Shown: positions 37,650 to 48,001 of the stretch, one piece after another | Layout: each line of letters opens with the position of its first letter | How positions within the stretch are numbered: position 1 is the stretch's first letter | From: Neophaeotheca triangularis | Taxonomy: Eukaryota | Direction of reading: 5' to 3' | Length of the DNA: 64,000 nucleotides | Assembly: GCA_054600435.1 (NCBI GenBank) | Contig: BAAIJX010000012.1 | Coordinates: 124,001 to 188,000, forward strand | Notes under the pieces: generated by a model | The model's database searches: none | Told to the model about the DNA's origin: nothing | The model's input: only the letters and a program-made list of their open reading frames with translations | Made by a program: the position numbers and the translations under genes

Positions 37650-39596
37650 TCAGTCTCGTTTTCCAAGAAGCTTGCTCTGCCTCACAAGGAAGTCAAGCTT
37701 CGGTCTATCTTCCTCTTCTCTTGTCAGCTTCAGGCGAGACACGTCGAAGTCGCGCCCGACACCCCCTTTTTGTAAGGTCCCATGGATGAGATCAGTTTGT
37801 GGCGAGTTTAAAATATGCTCCCACCAAACGTGCGAACCATAGGATTGGACAAGTTCGCGGATCAAAAGCACCTCAACAGCACACCAGGCTCGTTCATAGT
37901 ACGTCTCGTCCACAAGACTGATCATGGCATCGCACTGGGTTACGAGCAATGGTAGAGCGTCGATGCCACGCCGTCTTTGATCATGGTTTTGCTGATCGAC
38001 GCAAGCGTAGTCCTGAAGGGCCGCATGTCAGTAGCCCGCACAGATAAAACTAAGATGGCGGCGAAGGCCACTTACCAGCCATATGTCCAGACATTCACGG
38101 TCTACCTGCTTGTTCTCCTCAAGAAATGCTTCGATTGCAAGCGTCATGCGCTGCCACTGGGTGTTATTGATATCATCAGGACCTTCTCTGCTGGGAACAC
38201 TGGTAAGTCCTAGCCACCGGTACGATACGAAGACCACGAAACTGGCCTCTCGAGCTTCGGAAGCTGTTGTGGCAAGACCATCGTATGAGGAAGGTAATCG
38301 ATTGAGTCGCTTGAAGTCGGAGAAACTGACGAAACGAAAATCATCGCACATCTCCGCAAGACTTTCGCTTTCGAACAGCAATTGTGCGTACGTCTTTCGG
38401 AGGTCGCGGATAACATTGCTCCGCCCTGTCCAGAGCTGTGGCCTGATATGCTCTTGAAAGGTGATGCGGTAATGGCGGCGTAGCTGAGCTTGCCGCTTCC
38501 TGATCGCTATGGTCTGCTCTATAATTTCATGCACACCACCTGGGGGAGGAGCTGTGACCGACCCATGATGTTTGATACGGAGTTGCCTACGGTAATCGTT
38601 GAGAATAACCTCCGCCATCTCAGTCGCGTCTTGGGTGTCACTGAGGCATACATAGTCTAAGGGACTGAACCCCTGCTCGTCGTATGTATCAAAGCCGACA
38701 CCCGCATCAGCCATCAGCTTCAAGAATATGACGCGCTCGCGTGTTGGTTCCTTGCAAAGGGCTGTTGGAGAAGAGCAGGTGCCAGTGGGAGCATTCCATA
38801 GCCCCAAGGCTTTGCTGTGTTGACCGTCGTGCCACAAAGCGTATCCGTAGTAGAAGAGCGACAAGGCTGTGATCGTAGGTTCATTTCCTTGCTGTATCGC
38901 CTGTGATTCTTCCGCTATCTCGATTGCCTTTGTGGTCTCCCCAGCTGCGACGTAACACACGGAAAGGTGGTCTAGACCAATGGTCTCCCAGGAACGGGCT
39001 ATGGCAACGTACTTCGAGAATGGATCATGCTTGAGCAGGTCATCTCGTAGTTTCCGGGCTCTCAAAACTCGCTCATCTAAAAGATCGATGGCAGTCTTGA
39101 GCAAGGTCGAGTCCAAAGGTTGTTTCTGCTGAGCTATATTGTAGATCGACATCCCTTCGTTGCCGACCGCACGACAGATTTCCGCCTCAGCTTCAAGAGC
39201 TGCCTGTCGCCCAAGCTGGTACTGCTCCCGAAACCTCTCTCGAGCACGCTCGTATTGGTTGGCATGGCGGAAGACCACGCCCAACTCGCCAAGAATCTGC
39301 GCGCGTTGGGTGGGACCAGCGTGTGGGAAAACGTCGAGAGCCTGTTGAAGCACCGAACTTGCTTTATCGTATTGCCCGGAACGCCTCCAAAGACCACCTA
39401 TCTCGAAAAGGACTTGTTGTTTCCTCGGCTCTGCTTCAGGAAAGTCTGGTTGCTCGCACATGCGCAGCATTTCTTGCAGCGTCCGCAGTTTCTCCTGCCA
39501 TCGAGCATTTTGATGGTATAGGTTTGATTTGCTAGTGAGGGTTTTGGACCGTTTCACGGCCTCGTGTTGGGGAACCAAGACTGATTCTGTGTTCAT
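37650..39596 (-). CDS. TPR + degenerate ankyrin + C-terminal HET/TIR-like domain protein (~627 aa); exons 39596-38076, 38012-37650
   Basis: TPR-like helices (FEIGGLWRRSGQYDKA; GELGVVFRHANQYERA; CRAVGNEG) and an ankyrin-like DEQGFSPLDY. HET-like motifs FVSYRW..PDD..IWL|DYACVDQ..GIDALP..CDAMISLVDETYYERAWCAVE. 63-nt intron GTAAGT..CTGAC..CAG. Confidence 0.85.
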
Positions 39597-40552
39597 GGCT
39601 CTATGCCAACGTTTCAGTAAGGATTCGCGCAATCAATCTAAAATGCGCAGTGACTTGGACATGCGCAAGAAACGATTGACCTAGATAGCTCGTGAGTGAA
39701 GTAAGAAGCGTTCAACGTCGGACTATCGAGCCGTGCTGTGTGAAGGGATGCCACCCCTCTTCAGAAGCATGTAAGCTTGTCGTGCAGGTAGTGCATTGCG
39801 TATAAGCGAGCGCCTCACAGGCGAAGGGAGGGGAGCTCAAGAATCCGCCCTGACGCCCGGCGCGTGACTACTATTGGTAAGTATACACTTCAATGTCTCC
39901 TTTAGTCAATGTCGACCACCGTGCTTCCTTCGCGTTGATTGCCTCTTTTTCACCAAGTAGACTTGTGTTAGGATCTTCAAATCATTCTTTCAGGCCAAAC
40001 AACCACCAGCCTCTCCCATACCGTCACATTCCCAAATCTCACCTCATCCTGCCTTGTCCTGGAAAGTGTTGTCAAATTTGGAGGCGAGGCGTTGTAATCT
40101 ATACCAGAGCCTGCGGCATCGACTCGTGGAAAGATTTGTACGTCCAAAACAGCAAGGAAGGAGAAAGGAAAGACATAGTCGGGGATGATGGTCGTTGTCA
40201 ACTAAGCAGTTGGACGAAAGGAACGGCTACACTTATATGCTGATGTCCGTACCATGCACTGTACGCCATACGTCACGTCGGTGTTTGATGTCCAGCGAAG
40301 GACTACCGCGTTGGAGTCCCCACGGTCCCCGACGTGGGGATCGAAGCGGAGACTGCGGGGCCATTGAGTTTTCTCGTTCAGATATTCGGACGAATTCTCG
40401 GTCAACCGTGCATATGGACCATTATCCTCTCGAAGGCTTGTTTCCGATGGCTGGCAAGAGTGGGATATGTTGCCCACTGGCAGGAAGCGAGCAAATTTCA
40501 TTCCCACTAGGAGACGCCCCTTACGCGGGCCAGTTTCTCATTCTTGGCGAAG

Positions 40553-42318
40553 CTACAGCGGCTTCGTTTCATCCTCGAACTTCTTCTTGAGTGCCGAGCG
40601 GTAGCCGGAAGGATTAGGAGTATCCTTGAAGCCTTGAAAGTACTACGGCTCAAATCAGTCATCCACTTCAGCGAGGCGAAACGAGATGCTAATAGAAGTT
40701 GGACCTCACCTTCTTACGAAATCCATTCAGCTCGTCAGCGGTACTTCGATGGCCTATCGTAGCGCCTGGGAGACCCAAACGGCTTGCCTTGTAAGATAGT
40801 AAATCGTCAGGTTTGACCGTTCCGTCCGGCATGCGGCTGTAGGTGAGCAGTCGTCTCGACCCTGCTGTGTGTTAGTCTCTCGGCCGCGAAAGGATGGATG
40901 GCCGGACATACATCGGTTGAAATCCTGAGTACAGACGCTGACGAGTTGCAAAGCCGGATGCTGCGGTATGTCGTACTCTTTCTCGGGGACTGTCTCCTCA
41001 ATGGCAGGGTTTTGCTTCCCTCCGACCTGTGGCGTAGCATTCTCCTCTTCGTCGTCCTCATCCGCGACTGGCATCCACATGCATAATCTACCCCCATTGA
41101 CAAGCATTTCTGCGGCAAAATCGAGAACATCGTCCAGCATACGCTCGAAACTATACGGCTGTTTTGGAGGAATGTAGTTTGCGCTCAGGTGGGCGGGCGT
41201 CCCGTCAGCCAGGTAAACCACATCCTGCAGGTGCTCTCTCGCGCTCCCAAGTACTTTTAGGCCTTCTCGTACGCCATACGGAGGATCGCATACAATAGCA
41301 TCCAGCAGTTTCTCGATACGGAGCGGCGTGTTCGTGAGATCAGAGGTGAAGCCGTCGAGATACAGGTGTGATGTCCCGTATTGCTGAAAGTTGCTGCGAA
41401 CGTTGCGATCTTTTTTGCCTCGTATGCTGCGGCCATCCATGTCGCTGCCGAAGGTAGTAGCACCGAAATGCGCGCAAGCTACGGGAAAGGAGCCGGTACC
41501 CATGAAAGGGTCGAAAGCCAGGGTCCCGGGTCTGACGAGGGCCATGTTTGCTGTGACAAGAGAGAGCTCGGCATCCATGGAGGTAGTGGCAATGTACTTT
41601 CGCTTTTTGAGGTTGTATTTGGCCACTGCTCTGCGGTCGCTTTCCGCCACAAGCCTCGAGAAATAAATTTTCTTCGGCTCGTGAGCGCCACAATCAAAGT
41701 GTTCGGAGATCATAAAATTGTGCTCGGGGTTGCGCATCTGGATGCGGCCTCTAAAGTCCATGTCTTTGAAGGTTTCGATAATCTCGCGCTGCTCTGCGGA
41801 AGATCGACTGCCCTGAAAGGCATCTGAGTCGAACCTGAAGGATAGTTGCCGGTAGCTCTCCCATAGATGTTCTGTACGTTGGCGAATGTCTTCGTGAAGT
41901 GCCTGAAGGTTGTCGCCAACCCCCCACAATTCGTAGATACCATAGCTCAGTATTGACCGCGATGTCAACTCGCGAGCTGCTAGATCAGTGTCGGAGCAGT
42001 TCTCGAACGCTATGATCGCGAACGGTGACTAAACCATGGTCAGCTCGTCCGTTACCAGCAGAAATGTAGGATGTAAAAAGATTCAGGACCGGCCGTCAAA
42101 GACGAGATACTCGCAATCTCAACACGACTCGGGATCCTACCTACCGTATCTGGCCTAACTTGACCGGCCAGTCCCTACCTCTCGCGATTCTGGAGCCTAC
42201 CTACATCATCTGAGTAGAAGACCCAGCGTATTTCAAGGCCGGCAAGCACTGCCAGACTCTCAACCTCTGCCTGACGGAAAGTCTCGTGCATCTGCTTGAA
42301 ACGGATGAGATACTCCAT
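40553..42318 (-). CDS. TRM11: tRNA (guanine-N2)-methyltransferase Trm11; exons 42318-42205, 42028-40912, 40861-40710, 40642-40553
   Basis: MEYLIRFKQMHETFRQAE, YNLKKRKYIATTSMDAELS, DPFMGTGS, DAIVCDPPYGVRE, FNRW|SRRLLTY and ADELNGFRKK|YFQGF. Confidence 0.93.
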
Positions 42319-42849
42319 GATGGCAGCACCGCGCGGTCAATCGAGACTCGAGATTCGTTTTTGGTGAGAAAAACAGTCCTGCTACCGAAATACAATGCGC
42401 CAGTAGGTTAGCCACAGGGACGTTGTCCCGATTGCTATGTTTCTTGGGCTGTCGTTGAGGAACTCTCGCGACTTGGGGGTTTCCGTGCAAGTAGCAGACG
42501 GGAGTCAGATCGGCTCGTGTTACTTTGCTTTTGGGAAGAAAAGTTGTCTGCGAGTAGTGAAGATCTGAAGTGCTGTCCAGAAGTTGTCACAAGCTTTGCT
42601 TCTTCTGCGCCGCTCCAAAGTTGCCGAAAAGACCGATCCACACTTTCACTTCTAGGGCTTTCACTGCAAGTGGCTTTGAAAGATTGGGTTTCTCGGGCTA
42701 CCTTACCTAGCTGCAAGTTTGACTCTGAATGTTGATGTCATCTGACTCATCTCTCCAGAATCGCGTACCTGGGTGCTTGCAGTGTTGGACATTACATTTA
42801 AGGCATTACTGTAGGTATCGGAACAATGTAGATAGCGCTGGTAACCACG

Positions 42850-42854
<5 letters not shown>

Positions 42855-42885
<31 letters not shown>

Positions 42886-42897
42886 TCTCTCCCTCTC
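42855..42897. repeat. (CT)n microsatellite, imperfect at its 3' end
   Basis: Visible run of TC dinucleotides upstream of the aldo-keto reductase. Confidence 0.9.
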
Positions 42898-43002
42898 AAA
42901 AGCTTCAACACGCCGAGTTCCTATCAACGTGCCAGGACCAGAAACTCCATTGCCAGGCCTCTACCTACAAGCGTCCTCCATCCTGCTCGCCCGCAGCCCA
43001 CC

Positions 43003-44085
43003 ATGAGTTCAATCATCGACAAAGCAAAGGACATGATATCCTCGTCCGCAACAGCCACCATCGCAGGGCACAAGGTCCACAACACAGGCTATGGCCTCAT
43101 GGGCCTAACCTGGCGCCCCAACCCTCCTTCCGACGAAACGTCCTTCGCAAGCATGACAGCCGCTCTCGACGCCAAAGCCAACTTTTGGAACGGCGGTGTT
43201 TTCTACTCTACGCCCTCGGGCCGCAACAGCCTGCACCTCCTCCACGACTACTTTGACAAGAACCCAGGTGACGCTAGCAAAGTATGCCTCAGTATCAAGG
43301 GCGGTTTCGATTTGAAGGCGTTCAAGCCGAATAATAGCGCGGAGTTCATAAAGTCGGATATTGAGGAGGCGGCGAAGATTCTGCCCAAGAAGAAGATTGA
43401 TGTCTTCGAACCTGCGCGTGTAGACCCTACAGTGCCCATTGAGGTTACCATGGAGGCCATGAAGGAGTGTGTTGACAAGGATCTTATAGGTGGCATCAGC
43501 TTGAGCGAGTGCAGTGCTAGCACGGTCAGAAGAGCGGCCGCGGTTGCAAAAATCGAGTTTGTGGAAGTCGAATTTAGTTTGTTCAGCTTGGACATAATGA
43601 GCAATGGCGTCGCAGCTGCCTGTGCGGAGCTTGAGATTCCCATTGTCGCGTATGCCCCACTGGGCAGGGGCATGCTGACGGGTCAGATCAAGAGTCCCGA
43701 TGATCTGGAAGAGGGAGATCTTAGGAAGGGTACCCCTCGATTTCAACCAGACCAGTTCCACAAGAACATGGAGCTTGTAAGCAAGGTTGAAGACCTTGCT
43801 GCGGGAAGAAAATGCACACCGGGGCAAGTGGCTGTGGCTTGGGTGAAGGCGCAAAGTCAGAGGAATGGCAATCCGATCATTATACCAATTCCCGGAGCTA
43901 GTAGCCCAGAGCGAGTGAAAGAGAATTGCACAGAGGTCGAGTTGTCCGAGCTGGACCTGAAAGAGCTTGAAAGCATACTTGCCGGGTTTGAGACAGCTGG
44001 TGCTCGGTACGGAGGAGCGCAAGAGCAGATATTGTTTGGAGACTCGAAAAGCCTAGAAGAGTGGAAGGCCGAGAATGGGAAGTAA
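43003..44085 (+). CDS. Aldo-keto reductase (pyridoxal reductase-like)
   Basis: GYGLMGLTW, NFWNGGVFY, LSIKGG, IDVFEPARVDP, GGISLSE, VEVEFSL, VAYAPLGRGMLTG and IPIPG. Confidence 0.92.
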   Translation: MSSIIDKAKDMISSSATATIAGHKVHNTGYGLMGLTWRPNPPSDETSFASMTAALDAKANFWNGGVFYSTPSGRNSLHLLHDYFDKNPGDASKVCLSIKGGFDLKAFKPNNSAEFIKSDIEEAAKILPKKKIDVFEPARVDPTVPIEVTMEAMKECVDKDLIGGISLSECSASTVRRAAAVAKIEFVEVEFSLFSLDIMSNGVAAACAELEIPIVAYAPLGRGMLTGQIKSPDDLEEGDLRKGTPRFQPDQFHKNMELVSKVEDLAAGRKCTPGQVAVAWVKAQSQRNGNPIIIPIPGASSPERVKENCTEVELSELDLKELESILAGFETAGARYGGAQEQILFGDSKSLEEWKAENGK

Positions 44086-44723
44086 TGGTTTGAATGCTGC
44101 TGATTCTACAGATAGAGGTAATACCTGATGTCACCGTTAGCGATCTTCACTCGTAAAAGGCGTACGGTTGTATTGAAAGCGGTGGTCGCGAGGTGTATCA
44201 GATCAAGTGTAGTGTTTAGTTAATCCGCATGTACGATTCCCAATCACTCGCCTAGACGAAGATGGATACCGGAATTGGCATTGCAGAACTCTTAATTATT
44301 CATCACAGAGAGGAAGGGATAGGTAGCAGTAGCATGCCGACTTACTTCTTTTAGCCCGTGGTATTCTCGAGCGCGTGTGCGCGACGAGAGGTCGTTGCTG
44401 TACTCATGTACCCATGTCCTGCCGACAGAATCGGAGGGACACACGCAAGAGCTTGAATGCGCGATATCGCCGCTGTGAGGCGTTTCGGCGTTGCGCTGGA
44501 CTCAGTGGTGTGTGAAAAGAGAGAAGTGAAGCTGAGCTCCCAAGTACTTTGGAGAGTGAGGAACACCTTCACGGCCGAGCTCGTTTGCCAAGAATTCACA
44601 ACCGCGCCTGGTCGAGACGAGACCTCACCCTCCTTGAGCTCCAACAAACACCTCGCGCCTGTCGCAAACCCGCCTCAACTAGGTATTCCATCACCTCTTC
44701 AATTTAAATCTTCCATACCCAAC

Positions 44724-46385
44724 ATGGCCTCTGCCTCGTCACCACCCTCCTCCGATCTCTCCGACCCGCCCAGCGACAACTACGATTCACACGACGATCA
44801 CAGCACTGCCGTTCCCTCTTCGCGCCCCTCAGTAGACATCACTGCCGAAGACCACCACCACCTCGCTCCACCCCAAAAGAAGCGCAAGACAGGTGGTTCT
44901 TCCATCCTCCGTGCATCTTCCTCCCAAGCCGAGCCCCCTCAAATTGAAGATGACAACATCTCCCTCTCCTCCGACGGCTACTCCTCCGCCCCGGGATCTC
45001 CCTCTCACACAGAATACGCACACCATGAAGAAGCTCAAACGAAATGCCTATGGCGGGGTTGCGACTATGGACATAACGGTTCTCTATCTGTGACGCTCGG
45101 CAAAGATCCAAACAATGATGACCTGGTCAGACATGTCCAAATCGAGCACTGCGCAACACATGGTCCCAAGAAGAGCAAATATGTGTGCGAATGGGGCGAA
45201 TGCCAACGCAAACTTTCCAACCACCCTTCCGGCTACGCTCTCAAGGCGCACATGCGAAGCCACACCAAGGAGAAACCCTACTACTGCGCCTTGCCGGAAT
45301 GCGACAAAGCATTCACGCGCTCCGACGCCCTAGCAAAACACATGCGCACCGTCCACGAGCCCGAACCCGCAAAAGGCGACCACAAAACCAGCGTTTTCGA
45401 CTCCCCAGGCCCTCCCTCTCACAAGAAGGGAACGAAACTCAAAGCAGCAGCTGCTGCAGCAGCGGCCGCGGCAGCAGCAGCAGCGACAAATGGGACTTCG
45501 AAAGATGATTCTACACCAGCTGCAACGCTCGACGAAGGCGGAAGATCGGTCGAATCCTCAAGCCAGAACGACAACATCACCTACATTCCCGCTCACCACC
45601 CGATAACTGGCCAGCCAGGTTTCATGATCCACTACCCGCCCGACATCCACTTCAGCGCCTGGGAAAGCAGTATCCCCGCCGACCAGCTAATGCGGCTACT
45701 CCGGCGCCAACTCCACTGGGCAAAGCAAGAAGGACAGCAAATACAAAAAGAGAACGAAGAACTGGAAGCCCAGCGGCGGGAAGAGTGGATGTTGAAGGAA
45801 ATACTGCTGGAAGGGAACCTGGAAAGCGAGTTTGTAAAAGGTGTCAGGGAGGGCATGCTCGACGACGACGTGGAAGGCAGACTCAAAACCGCCATGGAGC
45901 GGGACGTCGAAGCTAGCAGGAAAATGGCTTGGACAGGAGAGGAAACTCCTTCTTTCCGCCGCACCCCTCCGCCCGCTAAAGACCACAACCAGCTAGACCA
46001 GGAGCCCAGAACGAGCGTCGAAATCAACGGCGACGACGGCGCAGAAGTCGAGGACGTGAGCATGGCTAGTGACGACGACGCAGCCCCCCGAAACGCCACC
46101 CCAAGACGTGAGTACGTGCAGTCGGCTGCCGCATCGCCGAGTCCGCCTCCCACTGGTGCCAGCGGCGGTTTCGAAGGCTCCGGGGATCCTTATGACAATT
46201 ATATGACTAGTATGATGCAACGGTACGAGGAGCAGAGGAAGCTGAGGCAGAGCGCGCAGAACACGCCTATGAAGCAGCAGGAACCTGACGCGGAAGCGGA
46301 GGAAAGGGAAGCCGGAGCACAGCAGCAGGCGGCCGAGGCGGATGCTGTTGGGGCGCTTTTGGGGATGAGTGGGACGAGCAAGTAG
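44724..46385 (+). CDS. IEC1: C2H2 zinc-finger protein, Iec1-like (INO80-associated)
   Basis: CLWRGC..HVQIEHC, CEWGEC..SGYALKAHMRSHTKEKPYYCALPECDKAFTRSDALAKHMRTVH, then LLRRQLHWA and a coiled coil. Poly-Ala tract. Start placed at AACATGG. Confidence 0.8.
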   Translation: MASASSPPSSDLSDPPSDNYDSHDDHSTAVPSSRPSVDITAEDHHHLAPPQKKRKTGGSSILRASSSQAEPPQIEDDNISLSSDGYSSAPGSPSHTEYAHHEEAQTKCLWRGCDYGHNGSLSVTLGKDPNNDDLVRHVQIEHCATHGPKKSKYVCEWGECQRKLSNHPSGYALKAHMRSHTKEKPYYCALPECDKAFTRSDALAKHMRTVHEPEPAKGDHKTSVFDSPGPPSHKKGTKLKAAAAAAAAAAAAAATNGTSKDDSTPAATLDEGGRSVESSSQNDNITYIPAHHPITGQPGFMIHYPPDIHFSAWESSIPADQLMRLLRRQLHWAKQEGQQIQKENEELEAQRREEWMLKEILLEGNLESEFVKGVREGMLDDDVEGRLKTAMERDVEASRKMAWTGEETPSFRRTPPPAKDHNQLDQEPRTSVEINGDDGAEVEDVSMASDDDAAPRNATPRREYVQSAAASPSPPPTGASGGFEGSGDPYDNYMTSMMQRYEEQRKLRQSAQNTPMKQQEPDAEAEEREAGAQQQAAEADAVGALLGMSGTSK

Positions 46386-46643
46386 GGGTGAGATTGAGAA
46401 TCACGACATTAGGAGGCACGCTTAGTCGGAGCGATTGCTTTGCAGCGTAGAATCTCGGTTTCTATAGGGGAAAGGGTATCCTCAGCACCCGTTGCTGAGG
46501 GCCAGACGGGATTGCAGGGCCGCCCAGCTCCAGCTTGACGCCTTGAGAATGCAACATTCATACCCTCAAAAATGCAAAAAGCTACCTCCAGATCCAGACT
46601 TTTTTCTTTTCTAAACCCCGGGCACCCCAAAGCTTGGTCCCAG

Positions 46644-47572
46644 TTACCTAAACCGACTGCTCATGCTTTTGCTGCTCCTCTTCTTCTCCTTTTCCCCCTC
46701 GCGATCCTTCTCCTTCTCTTCCCGCTTGCTCTCTTTCTTCTGATACTTGGCGCTCTCCTGCGAAAAACAATCGAGTCAGCAAACCACCCACATCCCAGCG
46801 GCAGAAAAAAAAAACCCCCGCTTCATCGCCCCCCTACCGAAAAAGAAGAACAAGGGGTCCGCGCGCGCTTGACAAACGCCAAAGCAGGAAGCCGCACCTC
46901 GAAGCGAACCCGCTTAACCTGCCGGCGGCCCAGAGTACTACGCACCTTGTTACCAAAAGGAAAATTCCCCGTCCTCTTGTCTGCCCCCGTCGTTTTGGAA
47001 ATTTTCCCCTCGCTGCTGCCGAAAATCACCAACCAAATCCCGACGCAGAACAACAACGTATTGAAAATCAAGCCCGAGATGAACCCAAACCCGCCCACGC
47101 TCACGACTTGCGTGTACAAGTAGAAAGCCGACAGCGCGTGGTGGATGGTTGTGACGACGAGGGTCGGGTAGGCGTAGGGATTGCTGCTGGTTGTAGTCTC
47201 GCCGGCGTCGGTGGGCGCGGGTGTTGGGGCGAAGGAGGTCTGTAACGGGATTGTGCCTGTGAGGAGCACGGTGAGGCCCGCGAGGGTTAGGTTTGTGAGG
47301 GCCAGTGAGCGGCAGAGGTAGGTTTCGAGGTCCGTGATGCTGCGGGCTTCCGAGGCGCAGAGGGTTATGAGGAGTTTGGGCGCGAGGAGGAGGGGGAGGG
47401 ATTGCAGGGAGAGGTAGCTGGAGGTTAAGAGGGTGTAGGATTTGAAGACCTGGGAGGTAGATTAGTTTCGGATGTTGTGTTTGCTTTGCGGTTGATATGG
47501 GGTGCGGTATGGTATCGTGCAGGGGTTGAGGCATTGTGTGTTTCAACGTGGGTTTGGGTTACTAACGTCCAT
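46644..47572 (-). CDS. Conserved fungal multi-pass membrane protein (~207 aa); exons 47572-47567, 47449-46946, 46757-46644
   Basis: A 6-nt first exon (MD) and two GT-AG introns give a continuous frame with about four hydrophobic segments and the motif ISKTTGADKRTGNFPFGNK, followed by a charged tail. Confidence 0.75.
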
Positions 47573-48001
47573 GGTTGTATCGCCCGGGAAGATCCAAGGG
47601 CAATGGAATAGGTGATAAGCTAGCTGCAGGCTGGTATGTTGCGCTCCAATGAGTACCTTTTCAATGTTGCTTGGTGTGACAAGATATGTAGGATGCTCTA
47701 GGTCGGTCGGCGACAGCAACAACAGGCGGTCTGCAGCTGCTCGGCGATTAAAGTGTGAGGCGCATCTGCAAGACTGCAACGTGGCTGTCGTCTGACGTAC
47801 ATCCGACGCCGGATTCGGCACGACCCGTGGACTCGGCCAACCTGCTGCAACTGTCCAGCTAGTCATGTCACTTTCACATGCTATGACCTTCCACCTTCAT
47901 TCTTCCAACTTTCACACTACCTACCTGCCTGCTTGCCTCCTACTGCCTGAACCACTCACAACACCTTCTGATGCTGGAACCGGATTGAATCACAGCCCAG
48001 G

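Noticed and set aside
39890..40500. Short ORFs between the TPR-HET gene and TRM11 as a possible third module component
   Set aside because: All frames are short or broken with no motif; not supportable.
43105..44022. 305-aa antisense ORF over the aldo-keto reductase
   Set aside because: Non-ATG start and no recognisable motifs; a typical shadow ORF from codon bias.
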